Source: Vulcanimicrobiota bacterium
Lineage (GTDB): Bacteria > Vulcanimicrobiota > Xenobia > Xenobiales > JADMJV01
Reading direction: 5' to 3'
Assembly (NCBI GenBank): GCA_050250895.1
Contig: JBFWNU010000007.1
Span: forward strand, 96,001-160,000
DNA: 64,000 bases
Shown here: piece after piece, positions 40,284 to 52,255 of the stretch
Layout of the letters: each line of letters opens with the position of its first letter
Position numbering within the stretch: the first letter of the stretch is position 1
Made by a program: the position numbers and the translations under genes
The notes under the pieces: generated by a model
What the model was told of the DNA's origin: nothing
What the model saw: the letters and a program-made list of their open reading frames with translations, nothing else
Database searches by the model: none

Positions 40284-41762
40284 ATGCGTAAAATTGGAGC
40301 TGTCTTGCTCTTGTCTGTGCTGTTCATCGGGTGCCCGGTGCAGAGCCAGGTTCATTACGAAAAAGGGGTCGCACTGCTGCGTGACCGCAAGTTCGAAGAA
40401 GCCACCACCGAACTGACCAGGGCTATCGAAAAGGCTCCCAAGTTCGCTATGGCCTATATGAAACGGGGTTACGCCTATAGCCGGCAGGGGCTCTACGATC
40501 AGGCGTTGGAAGACTATCGGGTAGCGATCGAGCTGGCTCCCAAGGAAGCTACCATCTACTACGACCGGGGTCTTCTCTATGACGAGATGGGTGACCATCG
40601 CCAGGCGGCCCTGGCCGACTTCGACAAGGCCCTGGAACTCAATCCCGAGAACGCCTTTGTCTGGGCTGCCCGCGGTAACGTCTACCTCAAGCTTTTGCAG
40701 TTCGAACGGGCTATCGAAGACTACGACAAGGCCATCGAACTCAACCCCAAAGAGGTGGTGCCCTATTCTTCTCGGGGCAACGCCTACCTCGAATTGCGCG
40801 ATTTCAAAAAGTGCATCGAGAGCTACAACAAGGCCATCGAACTCGACCCCGAGCACGCGCTGGCCTTTGCCGGTCGTGGCTACGCCTATCTCGAGCTGGG
40901 GAACTTCGAGAAGGCTCTGGAGGATTGCGAGAAGGCCGTTCAACTCGACCCTCACCTGGGAGCCGCTTATCTGTCGCGTGGCTACGCTTACATCCGAGCC
41001 CTGGGCGACTACGAAAAAGGGATTGCCGATTACACCAAAGCCATCGAGTTAGACATTGAAGAGGCCAAGCGCCGTGGCAAGGCCGAGAGCTTCTTCTATG
41101 CTTATGTAGCCCGTTGCGACGCCTATCGCGAGGTGGGCGAGCTGGAGAAATCGCTGGCTGATGGCGACCGGGCCATCGAAATCAATCCGGCCTATGCCCA
41201 GGCCTATCTCAGCCGTGGCAAGACCCATCAGGCGCTCGGCCATGCCGGGCTGGCGGCCCGAGATTTCGACAAGGCCATGACCCTCTTCGCCGAGTCGGCC
41301 TATGCGCGCTCGGCCCGGGCCTGGCTGCACAACGAGCAGGGTCGTTACAAAGAGGCGCTGGCCGAGTACGATCAGGCCATCAAGCTCGACCCCGATTACG
41401 CCGACGCCTATTATGGTCGCGGCAACGCGTTGGTCAAGCTTAAGAAATACGACGAGGCAGTGGCCAGCTACGACAAGGCCATCACCCTCAATCCCACCTA
41501 CGCTTACGCCTATTCGGCTCGGGCTCAGGCCAAGCTGCTCAAAGGCCAGAAGAAACAGGCGCTTGACGACTACAACAAGACCATCGAACTCAGCCCACGT
41601 TTTGGCTCGGCTTATTACGCCAGGGCCGGCGTCTATTCTGAACTCGGCAGCTACGACCAGGCCATGAAAGACTATCAAAAGGCGCTCGAGATGGGCGTCA
41701 ACCCTGAACTCAAGAAGTCGGCCGAGGCGGCCATCAAGAAACTGAAAAAGGAAAAGCCCTAG
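40284..41762 (+). CDS. Exported TPR-repeat protein
   Basis: Signal peptide (possible lipobox FIGC); many 34-aa repeats AYxxRG...YDKAIELxP. Confidence 0.9.
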   Translation: MRKIGAVLLLSVLFIGCPVQSQVHYEKGVALLRDRKFEEATTELTRAIEKAPKFAMAYMKRGYAYSRQGLYDQALEDYRVAIELAPKEATIYYDRGLLYDEMGDHRQAALADFDKALELNPENAFVWAARGNVYLKLLQFERAIEDYDKAIELNPKEVVPYSSRGNAYLELRDFKKCIESYNKAIELDPEHALAFAGRGYAYLELGNFEKALEDCEKAVQLDPHLGAAYLSRGYAYIRALGDYEKGIADYTKAIELDIEEAKRRGKAESFFYAYVARCDAYREVGELEKSLADGDRAIEINPAYAQAYLSRGKTHQALGHAGLAARDFDKAMTLFAESAYARSARAWLHNEQGRYKEALAEYDQAIKLDPDYADAYYGRGNALVKLKKYDEAVASYDKAITLNPTYAYAYSARAQAKLLKGQKKQALDDYNKTIELSPRFGSAYYARAGVYSELGSYDQAMKDYQKALEMGVNPELKKSAEAAIKKLKKEKP

Positions 41763-42073
41763 GCGCTGAGGGCGGCCACGAGACGCTCGAACTGTCCCTG
41801 GGCGGGACGGTTGACCGGGGTGGGGTAGTGCCGGGCCTGTTGGCCTGCCGGCCCGCTCTCTAAGGCCTGGCGCAGGGGAGCGTCATCAGCCCTGGGCTCG
41901 AGGTCAGGAAAGAGATCGAGCTGGGATAGATCGTTTAGGCCCAACCGCTGGCGCATCCTCTTGCGAGTGCGCACATACAGGACCGAAGCTCCCCGCACCA
42001 ACCCCTGTGGCTGGTGGTAGAGTAGAGTCTCGTCAGGACCGAAATGGAACGGAGTTGGATGGCGGCTGGGCAA
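41759..42073 (-). CDS. Hypothetical protein
   Basis: 104-aa ORF, TTG start with GAGG upstream; no motif. Confidence 0.4.
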   Translation of the reverse strand: MPSRHPTPFHFGPDETLLYHQPQGLVRGASVLYVRTRKRMRQRLGLNDLSQLDLFPDLEPRADDAPLRQALESGPAGQQARHYPTPVNRPAQGQFERLVAALSA

Positions 42074-42192
42074 ATTTCACCTCGTCTGGCCCCAAATCTA
42101 ACCCGGGCGAAGTAAATTTTAGGCTACAAAATTGTTAACACTTGTCGCGTCGCCGCGAAGGTTCCCCCCCGCCTCGACGAGAAAGCCCTGGT

Positions 42193-42825
42193 ATGAAGCG
42201 CCGGGTCCTGTGGGCGGTCGCTGTCTTGGCGGCCCTGGTCTTAGCTGGGCTGCTTCTCTGGTGGACACGGCTGCCGCGTTTGGTGGTGTATGTGCAAGAG
42301 TCGAGCCCCGGGTTGCTTGACCGCGCGCATTACCGAACCGTCTTTCGCCAGGCTGGAGTGTGGCGGCTCAAACTCAACGACGGCGAACCGGCCGAGCTCG
42401 GCTGGGACGAGCAGTCTCGAACGCTGGCCATCGAGCTGCGGCTAGTGGAAGAGGCTAATCCGAAAGTGAACAAGTCCTCTCGAGAACTCGGATTGACCGG
42501 CCCGGGTTTCACCGAAGGAAGGGTTTCCACTGTGTATCTGGTGGATGTGAAGGCTTTCGTCATCAAACACCGTGGAGACTATCTGCACCTGCAGACAACC
42601 GATTGGAGCGAGGTCGAACGCCGTCTGGTGGCCAATACCGCCGTGCACGAGAGTTGGCACGCCATCGCCTTGAGCGCCTCTCATAATCCGACCGACAAGG
42701 CGGCCGTCATGTACATCGATCCCGGTCGGGCGGCGGTCCAGTTCGGCACCACCCGCATGCCCTTCACCAGGGGCCACGAGCGAAGGCTGCGAGAAATCTT
42801 TCGAGAAGGTCGGGTGGATGGATAA
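42193..42825 (+). CDS. Membrane-anchored zincin/metzincin-like protein
   Basis: N-terminal TM; AVHESWHAIALSASH then AVMY (Met-turn-like). Confidence 0.6.
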   Translation: MKRRVLWAVAVLAALVLAGLLLWWTRLPRLVVYVQESSPGLLDRAHYRTVFRQAGVWRLKLNDGEPAELGWDEQSRTLAIELRLVEEANPKVNKSSRELGLTGPGFTEGRVSTVYLVDVKAFVIKHRGDYLHLQTTDWSEVERRLVANTAVHESWHAIALSASHNPTDKAAVMYIDPGRAAVQFGTTRMPFTRGHERRLREIFREGRVDG

Positions 42826-44701
42826 TCCTGGCCAACTGGCTCCTCAAGCCGATCATGCGCCGATGTACCGGCGACGCCTGGTGCTGGGTTATGCCGTGTC
42901 GATCATGCTGGTGGTGGTGTTCTGTGGCTGGGGTGCCTACTGGACCGGACGGGTTCGCCGCACCACCGAGCGACTGGTGGCCCGCGCCTATCAGAGTACG
43001 ATCGCCTGGGATCGCATGGTCTATGCCCTGGAGCGGCAGGACAACGCTCTGCTGCATTTGCTGGTGGATGCCTCGCCCCGCTCCACGGGGGTCTTTGCCG
43101 ACAATGCCATGACCTTCGAACAGATGCTCAAAGAGGCTCAGCGCTCACCCTCGTTCGAAGGCGAACGCGAGGCCAGCCAGCGAATCGAGAAGCTCTTCGG
43201 AGAGTATCTCGACGCTTTCGAGACGATCCACGAGCTACACCGGGAGGGAAGTGCCACCTCGGCCATCGCGGCCTACAACGCCGTGGCCCAGCCCTTGTTT
43301 CTCCAGATCCGGACCGACCTGATCGAAGTGCGAGACCAGTATTATCAGCGGATCTCGGATGTGTCCTATCAGGTCGAGCGCGAGTCCCGCTTTGCCGAGA
43401 TCTCGATGGCGGTGGCCGCTATCTGCTTCGTCGGTCTGGGCGGCGCATTCTTGCGATTTCTGTCCGGGCATCTGCTGGAGCTTGAACGAGAGCGGGCTCG
43501 CAACTTCGCTATGGAGCGGCAGGCCAAAGAGGCCGCCGAAGAAGCCAATGCTTCCAAGAATCGCTTTCTGGCCACCGTAACCCATGAGTTGCGCACGCCC
43601 CTGACCGGTATCCTTGGCAATCTCGAGCTACTGGAAGAGAATATCCGTAAACCCCGCGACCTCGAGTATCTCGCCGCGATCCACTCGAGTTCGAAGGTTC
43701 TGCTCTATCTGGTCAACGACTTATTGGATCTCTCGCGCATGGAAGCCGGTCGCCTGGAGGTTCGAGCCCACCCTTTCGAGCCCACCGAACTTTTGGAAGA
43801 ACTCATCGCGGCTCTGACGCCGGTGGCGGCCGAGAAGGGGATTCAGCTAGAACTCGAACTCCACGACCAGTTACCCCAGGGTTTGCTCGGCGACTCCCAG
43901 CGCATTCGCCAGATTTTGCTCAACCTGGTGGGCAACGCCATCAAGTTCACCAGTCAAGGCGGAGTCAGAGTGGGAGTGCGTGCTCAGACGGAGCAGACCT
44001 GTCGCCTGATCATTGCGGTAACGGACACCGGCCCGGGGATCGCTGCCAGCGAACTCAAATCGATCTTCAAGCCGTTTCATCAGCTCGACAGTTTCGAGAG
44101 CCGCAGTCAGGGCGGGGCCGGCCTGGGCCTGGCCATCGTGCGTAGTCTGGTCAAAGAGATGGGTGGCGAGGTAGCGGTCGACAGTAAAGTGGGGGAGGGC
44201 ACCACCTTCACGGTCGAGTTGGAGCTGCCCCGCTGTGAGGTGGCCGAAAGGCCAGAGGAATTGGATTCTGAGCGCCAGCCGCTACCCCCGGCTCGGGTGC
44301 TGCTGGTGGAGGACAATCCCATCAGTCGAAGGGTCATCGGCCTGCAACTTTCCCGGATGGGGCTCGAGGTCACTTCGGCGGCCGACGGTCAGGAAGCCCT
44401 CGATTGCTTCGAAAGTCAGGACTTCGATCTGGTTCTCATGGATTGTCAATTGCCGGTGCTCGATGGCTATGAGACAACCCGTCGCATTCGCCAATCACCC
44501 CGCCCCGAGATGCGAGGCCTGACCATTCTGGCCCTCACCGCCCACGCCCTCGAGGGCGAATTCGAACGATGCCTTCAGGCCGGAATGGACGACTTTTTGA
44601 CCAAGCCGGTCGACAGCGCTACTCTCGAGCGGGTGTTGCGGCACTGGCTGACCAGGCAGGAGTCAGGCCGGGATCTTGCTGGCGGCGGCGATACCCAATA
44701 G
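42818..44701 (+). CDS. Hybrid sensor histidine kinase (four-helix sensor, HisKA, HATPase, receiver)
   Basis: Two TMs, THELRTPL, NLVGNAIKFT, DTGPGI, GAGLGL, LMDCQLP. Confidence 0.93.
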   Translation: MDNPGQLAPQADHAPMYRRRLVLGYAVSIMLVVVFCGWGAYWTGRVRRTTERLVARAYQSTIAWDRMVYALERQDNALLHLLVDASPRSTGVFADNAMTFEQMLKEAQRSPSFEGEREASQRIEKLFGEYLDAFETIHELHREGSATSAIAAYNAVAQPLFLQIRTDLIEVRDQYYQRISDVSYQVERESRFAEISMAVAAICFVGLGGAFLRFLSGHLLELERERARNFAMERQAKEAAEEANASKNRFLATVTHELRTPLTGILGNLELLEENIRKPRDLEYLAAIHSSSKVLLYLVNDLLDLSRMEAGRLEVRAHPFEPTELLEELIAALTPVAAEKGIQLELELHDQLPQGLLGDSQRIRQILLNLVGNAIKFTSQGGVRVGVRAQTEQTCRLIIAVTDTGPGIAASELKSIFKPFHQLDSFESRSQGGAGLGLAIVRSLVKEMGGEVAVDSKVGEGTTFTVELELPRCEVAERPEELDSERQPLPPARVLLVEDNPISRRVIGLQLSRMGLEVTSAADGQEALDCFESQDFDLVLMDCQLPVLDGYETTRRIRQSPRPEMRGLTILALTAHALEGEFERCLQAGMDDFLTKPVDSATLERVLRHWLTRQESGRDLAGGGDTQ

Positions 44702-45520
44702 CCGACGATGGACTTCTTCGATGACCGAGTCGGGGGTCGAGGTGCCAGCCGTCAGACCCACCAGCCGAAAGCCGGCGAACCACTCGGGTCGCAGCTGCTC
44801 GGCGCGCTGGATGTGAAACCAGGGCTTCTGGGCGCGCTCGGCCATCTGACCTAGTTCGCGGGTGTTGTTCGAATTCGCGCCGCCCACGACGACCAGTGCT
44901 TCGACCCGGTCGAGCAGCTCGCGAACGGCTTGCTGGCGATCGCGCGTCGGGGCGCAGATGGTGTCGACCAGTTCGATTTCTGAATCGGGGTTGCGTTGGC
45001 AGATGGTGGAGTGAATCCGCTGCAAGAGCTCGGGACGGGTCGTGGTCTGGTTGATGACACCCAGCTTGCGTCGATTCCAGCAGCGGACATCCTGGCAAGA
45101 CGAGACCACCACATAATCGTCAAGGTCTCCCACCAGGCCCTCGACCTCGACATGCCCCTGGCGACCGACCACGACCACGAAGTAGCCTAATCGCGCCAGC
45201 CGCAGGGCGGCTTTGTGCACCCTGCGCACCAGCGGGCAGGTGGTATCGATCAGGCGCTTGCCGTGAGCCTCCAGCCGCTCCCGTTCGCGATTGCTGATAC
45301 CGTGGGCGGTGATCAGCACCTCGGGGGTGGCAGGCAGGTCCCGTTCGCCCTCACCCACCTGGTGAAAGCCCCGCAAGGCCATCTCGGACTGGACCTGCGG
45401 GTTATGAACCAGCTCCCCGTGGATGGTGACGGCCGCAGGCTGCTGGATCTCGCGGGCTTTGGTGAGGGCATCGCGGACCCCGAAGCACATTCCGAGGTGC
45501 TGGGCTTGAACAACTAACAT
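44663..45520 (-). CDS. ispH: 4-hydroxy-3-methylbut-2-enyl diphosphate reductase
   Basis: GMCFGV, LVHNP, TAHG, DTTCPLV, HVEV, QTT, DTIC, SNN, TAGTSTP. Confidence 0.94.
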   Translation of the reverse strand: MLVVQAQHLGMCFGVRDALTKAREIQQPAAVTIHGELVHNPQVQSEMALRGFHQVGEGERDLPATPEVLITAHGISNRERERLEAHGKRLIDTTCPLVRRVHKAALRLARLGYFVVVVGRQGHVEVEGLVGDLDDYVVVSSCQDVRCWNRRKLGVINQTTTRPELLQRIHSTICQRNPDSEIELVDTICAPTRDRQQAVRELLDRVEALVVVGGANSNNTRELGQMAERAQKPWFHIQRAEQLRPEWFAGFRLVGLTAGTSTPDSVIEEVHRRLLGIAAASKIPA

Positions 45521-45540
45521 GTTGTCTCCTTTTTCAATTT

Positions 45541-45557
45541 CTTTGTGCGGTAAAGTG
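45541..45557. promoter_or_regulatory. Putative operator, copy upstream of ispH
   Basis: CTTTG-tgcg-GTAAAGTG, 13 of 17 bases shared with 46587-46603. Confidence 0.55.
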
Positions 45558-45577
45558 TCGGTTCAAAAAAAAGGGCC

Positions 45578-45958
45578 TCAGGCGGGAACCCAACCGGGAG
45601 GGATGTTGCCGGTCCCCGTTTCGGGCTCTTGCTGCTGAGCCGAGGCGTCACTGAGAACTTTTTCCAGTTCCGCCAGATACTCGAGGAAACGGTTCCTTCC
45701 TTCCTCGGAGATACGGCACAACGTCTGCGGTCGGCGGTTTTCGAAGCCTTTCCACATCTCGATGAGGCCCTCTTTGTAGAGCAGTTGCAGATGGCGGCTC
45801 AGATTGCCGTCGGTCAGCGAGCACATCGATTTGATATCACCAAACAGCAGGCCCTCGGGATGGGTCAGCAGCGAGGTGAGGATGCTCAGGCGAGCCTTTT
45901 CGTGTAAGACCCGGTCGAGGCCGTCATAGGAAAAACGGCCGTTGGTTTCGTCACTCAT
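45578..45958 (-). CDS. Winged-helix transcriptional regulator (MarR/ArsR-like)
   Basis: LDRVLHEKARLSIL, LTDGNLSRHL, GRNRFLEYLAELE. Confidence 0.9.
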   Translation of the reverse strand: MSDETNGRFSYDGLDRVLHEKARLSILTSLLTHPEGLLFGDIKSMCSLTDGNLSRHLQLLYKEGLIEMWKGFENRRPQTLCRISEEGRNRFLEYLAELEKVLSDASAQQQEPETGTGNIPPGWVPA

Positions 45959-46550
45959 TCTGGTTCCTTTCTAGATTCCAATACAGGACGGCGGAAAGAG
46001 ACAGCTGTCCCAGTCCGAAGACGCCACCCATCAGAATCGGTGAGTCAAAAAGTAGTTTGGCTGTGAGCAATAGGTAGGTGCCAGCCAGGAAGTAGAACAG
46101 GCCCACCCAGCCCACACCCTGGGGCAAGAAGGGGCGCGAAGCGAAGATGCCCATCGAGTAGATCAAGGCCCACAATCCCGGTAACAGACCGGCGTAGTCG
46201 GGAGCTCGGGACATCAGCACGAAGGTGACGGCGGCGCCCACCGCCAGCGCTGGCAGGAATTGTCCCACCGCGGTGGTCGAGATCTTGCGCTGCAGCTTAG
46301 AGTAGTGAGTGTAGTAGTCCCAGGCGATATCGAGACCCACGATGATCAGGTTGATGGCAGCCACCGCTACCCAGAAGCGAACCTGGTCGAGACCGTGGAG
46401 AGGATGGACTACCGGCTGAATGGCCGTTCCCAACAAAGCGACACCGCCGGTGAAGGCGATGGTCTGAGAACGATAACCTCGGTAAACCTCGGTTCGGCTC
46501 AGGTGTTTGTGGATTTCGGCGACCTGTGACAGGGCCCGAGCTACATCCAT
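45951..46550 (-). CDS. Membrane protein co-transcribed with the regulator
   Basis: About six hydrophobic segments; overlaps the regulator start. Confidence 0.8.
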   Translation of the reverse strand: MDVARALSQVAEIHKHLSRTEVYRGYRSQTIAFTGGVALLGTAIQPVVHPLHGLDQVRFWVAVAAINLIIVGLDIAWDYYTHYSKLQRKISTTAVGQFLPALAVGAAVTFVLMSRAPDYAGLLPGLWALIYSMGIFASRPFLPQGVGWVGLFYFLAGTYLLLTAKLLFDSPILMGGVFGLGQLSLSAVLYWNLERNQNE

Positions 46551-46586
46551 GTTAGCTTCCTCTCTCTGGTTACTATAGCGACTATG

Positions 46587-46603
46587 CTTTGCCATGTAAA
46601 GTG
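46587..46603. promoter_or_regulatory. Putative operator, copy upstream of the membrane protein/regulator operon
   Basis: CTTTG-ccat-GTAAAGTG; CTTT/AAAG dyad. Confidence 0.55.
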
Positions 46604-46681
46604 CTCGTTAGAAATTTTTTCTGCAAGGCTTATTAAGCCCAGAAGTTGCCTATGTGGGACGCAGGGCGGGGTGGAATATTC

Positions 46682-49963
<3,282 letters not shown>

Positions 49964-49998
49964 GCGTCACCGCCGTGGTCGAAAACTACTATTTTAGC

Positions 49999-50046
49999 GG
50001 CTCTGTGAGCTGTTTCACAGAGCCTGAGCGCTGGCCGGGTTAGACT
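49999..50046 (+). promoter_or_regulatory. CRP/FNR-family site and candidate -10 element
   Basis: TGTGA-gctgtt-TCACA at 50004-50019 inside a 10-bp-arm palindrome (49999-50024); TAGACT at 50041-50046. Confidence 0.6.
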
Positions 50047-50077
50047 GGCCTCAAGACAACCGCGAAGGAGAAAGAAG

Positions 50078-50152
50078 ATGGCTGAAGGTTTTTTGGTGCT
50101 GATGTTCGGGTGCATGATGTTGGCCAAGCTCTCTCAGATGCTTCCCGAATAG
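50078..50152 (+). CDS. Candidate 24-aa hydrophobic small protein MAEGFLVLMFGCMMLAKLSQMLPE
   Basis: AAGGAG ribosome-binding site 7 nt before ATG; upstream promoter elements; below the ORF-track cutoff. Confidence 0.55.
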   Translation: MAEGFLVLMFGCMMLAKLSQMLPE

Positions 50153-50154
50153 CC

Positions 50155-50793
50155 TTACTTCGAAGTCCCACACCATTGTTGGAGGGACTTCTTGCCTCTT
50201 GACTCATCGAAGTCGAACTTCAAGGCGACTTCCCAGCCGGGCACCGACACCCGCAGTTTGACCTTCTTGTCCGCCTGGTCCAACAGGCTGAAACGATAGT
50301 CTCCCCCCAAACTCGCATCCATATCCCGAAACTCATCGAGGTTGCCGTCTTGAGCATAGGCGGCGATTTTTACCTGGTAGTGCTGGTTGCCGATGGGGCG
50401 ACGGTAGGCATCGGTCAGCCAGACCCGAAATTCCCCTGACACGGCCCGAGCAAGCTCGATATGATAGTCTCCCCACATGGCCACCTGGCCGCCATTCACG
50501 CCGATGTGCTGATGATACTCGGCAGCAGGCGGAGCAGTCACCACCTCGGTTACCGTCTGGCGGGTCACCCACCAGGTCATGCCCAGCACCAGAAAGCCGG
50601 CGAGCGCGCCCCAGCCGAACATCTCTTGCCTCCGCCTGGCATCGAGATTGCGAAAAACGGGAGCCATGATCTGCGACGAGAAGGCCACCACCATCGCAAT
50701 GGTGACCAGGAATTTCACCAGGTTGGCCGCCAGTTCGTCCCAGGTCAGAGGGGCCGGGTCCGAGCCGTGAGCCAGCAGCAACCAGGCGATCAT
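50155..50793 (-). CDS. Membrane protein with His-rich extracytoplasmic domain
   Basis: Two TMs, then YHQHIGVNGGQVAMWGDYHIEL. Confidence 0.65.
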   Translation of the reverse strand: MIAWLLLAHGSDPAPLTWDELAANLVKFLVTIAMVVAFSSQIMAPVFRNLDARRRQEMFGWGALAGFLVLGMTWWVTRQTVTEVVTAPPAAEYHQHIGVNGGQVAMWGDYHIELARAVSGEFRVWLTDAYRRPIGNQHYQVKIAAYAQDGNLDEFRDMDASLGGDYRFSLLDQADKKVKLRVSVPGWEVALKFDFDESRGKKSLQQWCGTSK

Positions 50794-51911
50794 CCCCCCG
50801 TCAGCGCCGCCCAGGGGTCGGCCTGGAAATACCAGGGCAACCCTTCATTGTAAGTCAAGAGCGCTCCGGCCACCATGAGCAGCAGCACCACCCAGACCAC
50901 GTTCCAGGTGGCCTTGCGTTGGGGCATCGATAGTTCGAGCAGTTTGACCCCGCCGCATGAAAGGGCCAGGACGCCGAGCAGAAAGTGATGGAGATAGACG
51001 CCGATGGCGGTGTCCGAGTAAGGGGCTCCGGTATGGACATGGGTCATAAGGATCCCGCCGCCGGCCAGGGCCAGCACGGCCACCAGGTGAGCTTGAAGCT
51101 GGGACACGTCGACGTCGGACCGTTTTCGGACCAGGCTCGTGCCCATCCCTATGAGCATCATCAAGGTGGCGATGAGCTTGTGGGCCAGCACCTCGGCGTC
51201 GGTGATGGGCTTTTCGTTCGACAGCGGCCAGGCGTCAAAATCCGAGAAGATCATCAAGAAGATGCCCCCGGCGATCAAGATGACCGGACCCATGGCTCTG
51301 ACTTTTTCGACATGCGGCAGTTCGGCCAGCTGATAGGCCAGCCAAAGAGCTAGCCCCAGGACCAACCAGCCGAAGATGTGATGCATCATCTCGGAATAGA
51401 TCAGTTCGTCCCGGGTGTTCCTGAGGTCGAGATTGGCCAGATCTTGTGGGGTCGGGGGGTGGGGCGGCTCGACGTTCTGGACGCCGGCCGCGAATTCATA
51501 GACCAGCTTGCCACCGTGCCAGCCGGTCAATCCCAGCGAGAAAACCCCCACCAGGACCAGCACGAGATAGGTCTTGACCAGGTGTCGATTACGGTCGATA
51601 CCGATGAACGAGCGCAGGGCCACCAGGGCGATAAACGTCCAGGAGGCCATGGTCGCAAAACTCTCATGCCGTTTGAGGGGCTCCTGAGGGATCAGGTTGC
51701 GAGCCGCCCAGATCTCGGCGAAGTTGCCGGTGATGAACGTAAAGAGCACCCCAACGGTGCCCAGCACCAGCACTACCTGACCCGCCCAGGCGGCCTTTTC
51801 GTCGTTGCGGGCAAAGGCATAGATATCGATCAGGGCGGCCACGAAAAGCAACCCGATCGGGAAGTGGACGAAGACTGGATGCCAACTGGCCAGGAATTGA
51901 CTTAGTTCCAT
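50790..51911 (-). CDS. DUF2231 domain fused to a His-rich multi-pass membrane domain
   Basis: HPVFVHFPIGLL, RHE, TGWHGGKLVY; second half MHH, AHK, THVH, LHH. Confidence 0.75.
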   Translation of the reverse strand: MELSQFLASWHPVFVHFPIGLLFVAALIDIYAFARNDEKAAWAGQVVLVLGTVGVLFTFITGNFAEIWAARNLIPQEPLKRHESFATMASWTFIALVALRSFIGIDRNRHLVKTYLVLVLVGVFSLGLTGWHGGKLVYEFAAGVQNVEPPHPPTPQDLANLDLRNTRDELIYSEMMHHIFGWLVLGLALWLAYQLAELPHVEKVRAMGPVILIAGGIFLMIFSDFDAWPLSNEKPITDAEVLAHKLIATLMMLIGMGTSLVRKRSDVDVSQLQAHLVAVLALAGGGILMTHVHTGAPYSDTAIGVYLHHFLLGVLALSCGGVKLLELSMPQRKATWNVVWVVLLLMVAGALLTYNEGLPWYFQADPWAALTGG

Positions 51912-51969
51912 ATTGCCGATCAGTTTTACCCGCCCATGGCAGGTGAAAACCTTTCTAGCCTCCGGCCAG

Positions 51970-51999
51970 AAAAGAAAAAGCCCCGGCTTTCACCGGGGC
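51970..51999 (-). terminator. Intrinsic terminator
   Basis: GCCCCGG/CCGGGGC stem followed by TTTTTCTTTT on the minus strand. Confidence 0.75.
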
Positions 52000-52037
52000 G
52001 TTGGGTCCAACCAATTGCTCATCTCACTGAGGTAACT

Positions 52038-52166
52038 CTAATCCTGAGCCGTCACAGGATCGTTAAGTGACTCGTCACGCACCAGCCAGCCCAGCATGAC
52101 CCCCATGAGCGTTCCGGTGGGCACCGCCACCGGAGCCGAAAAAAGGGCAATAGAGAGGCAATCCAT
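52038..52166 (-). CDS. Candidate 42-aa single-TM small protein
   Basis: MDCLSIALFSAPVAVPTGTLMGVMLGWLVRD...; TGcTATCAT 6 nt upstream; terminator downstream. Confidence 0.4.
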   Translation of the reverse strand: MDCLSIALFSAPVAVPTGTLMGVMLGWLVRDESLNDPVTAQD

Positions 52167-52255
52167 GCACCCATGATAGCATGGACCATCCGCCCTTCCG
52201 TAACTTGTGATCCAAATCATTTGCCAGGCAAGGCTCGGGCTGGCATGCTCTAAGG

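Noticed and set aside
40284-41762. TPR protein as true PelB
   Set aside because: No C-terminal beta-barrel; repeats are generic, so no symbol assigned
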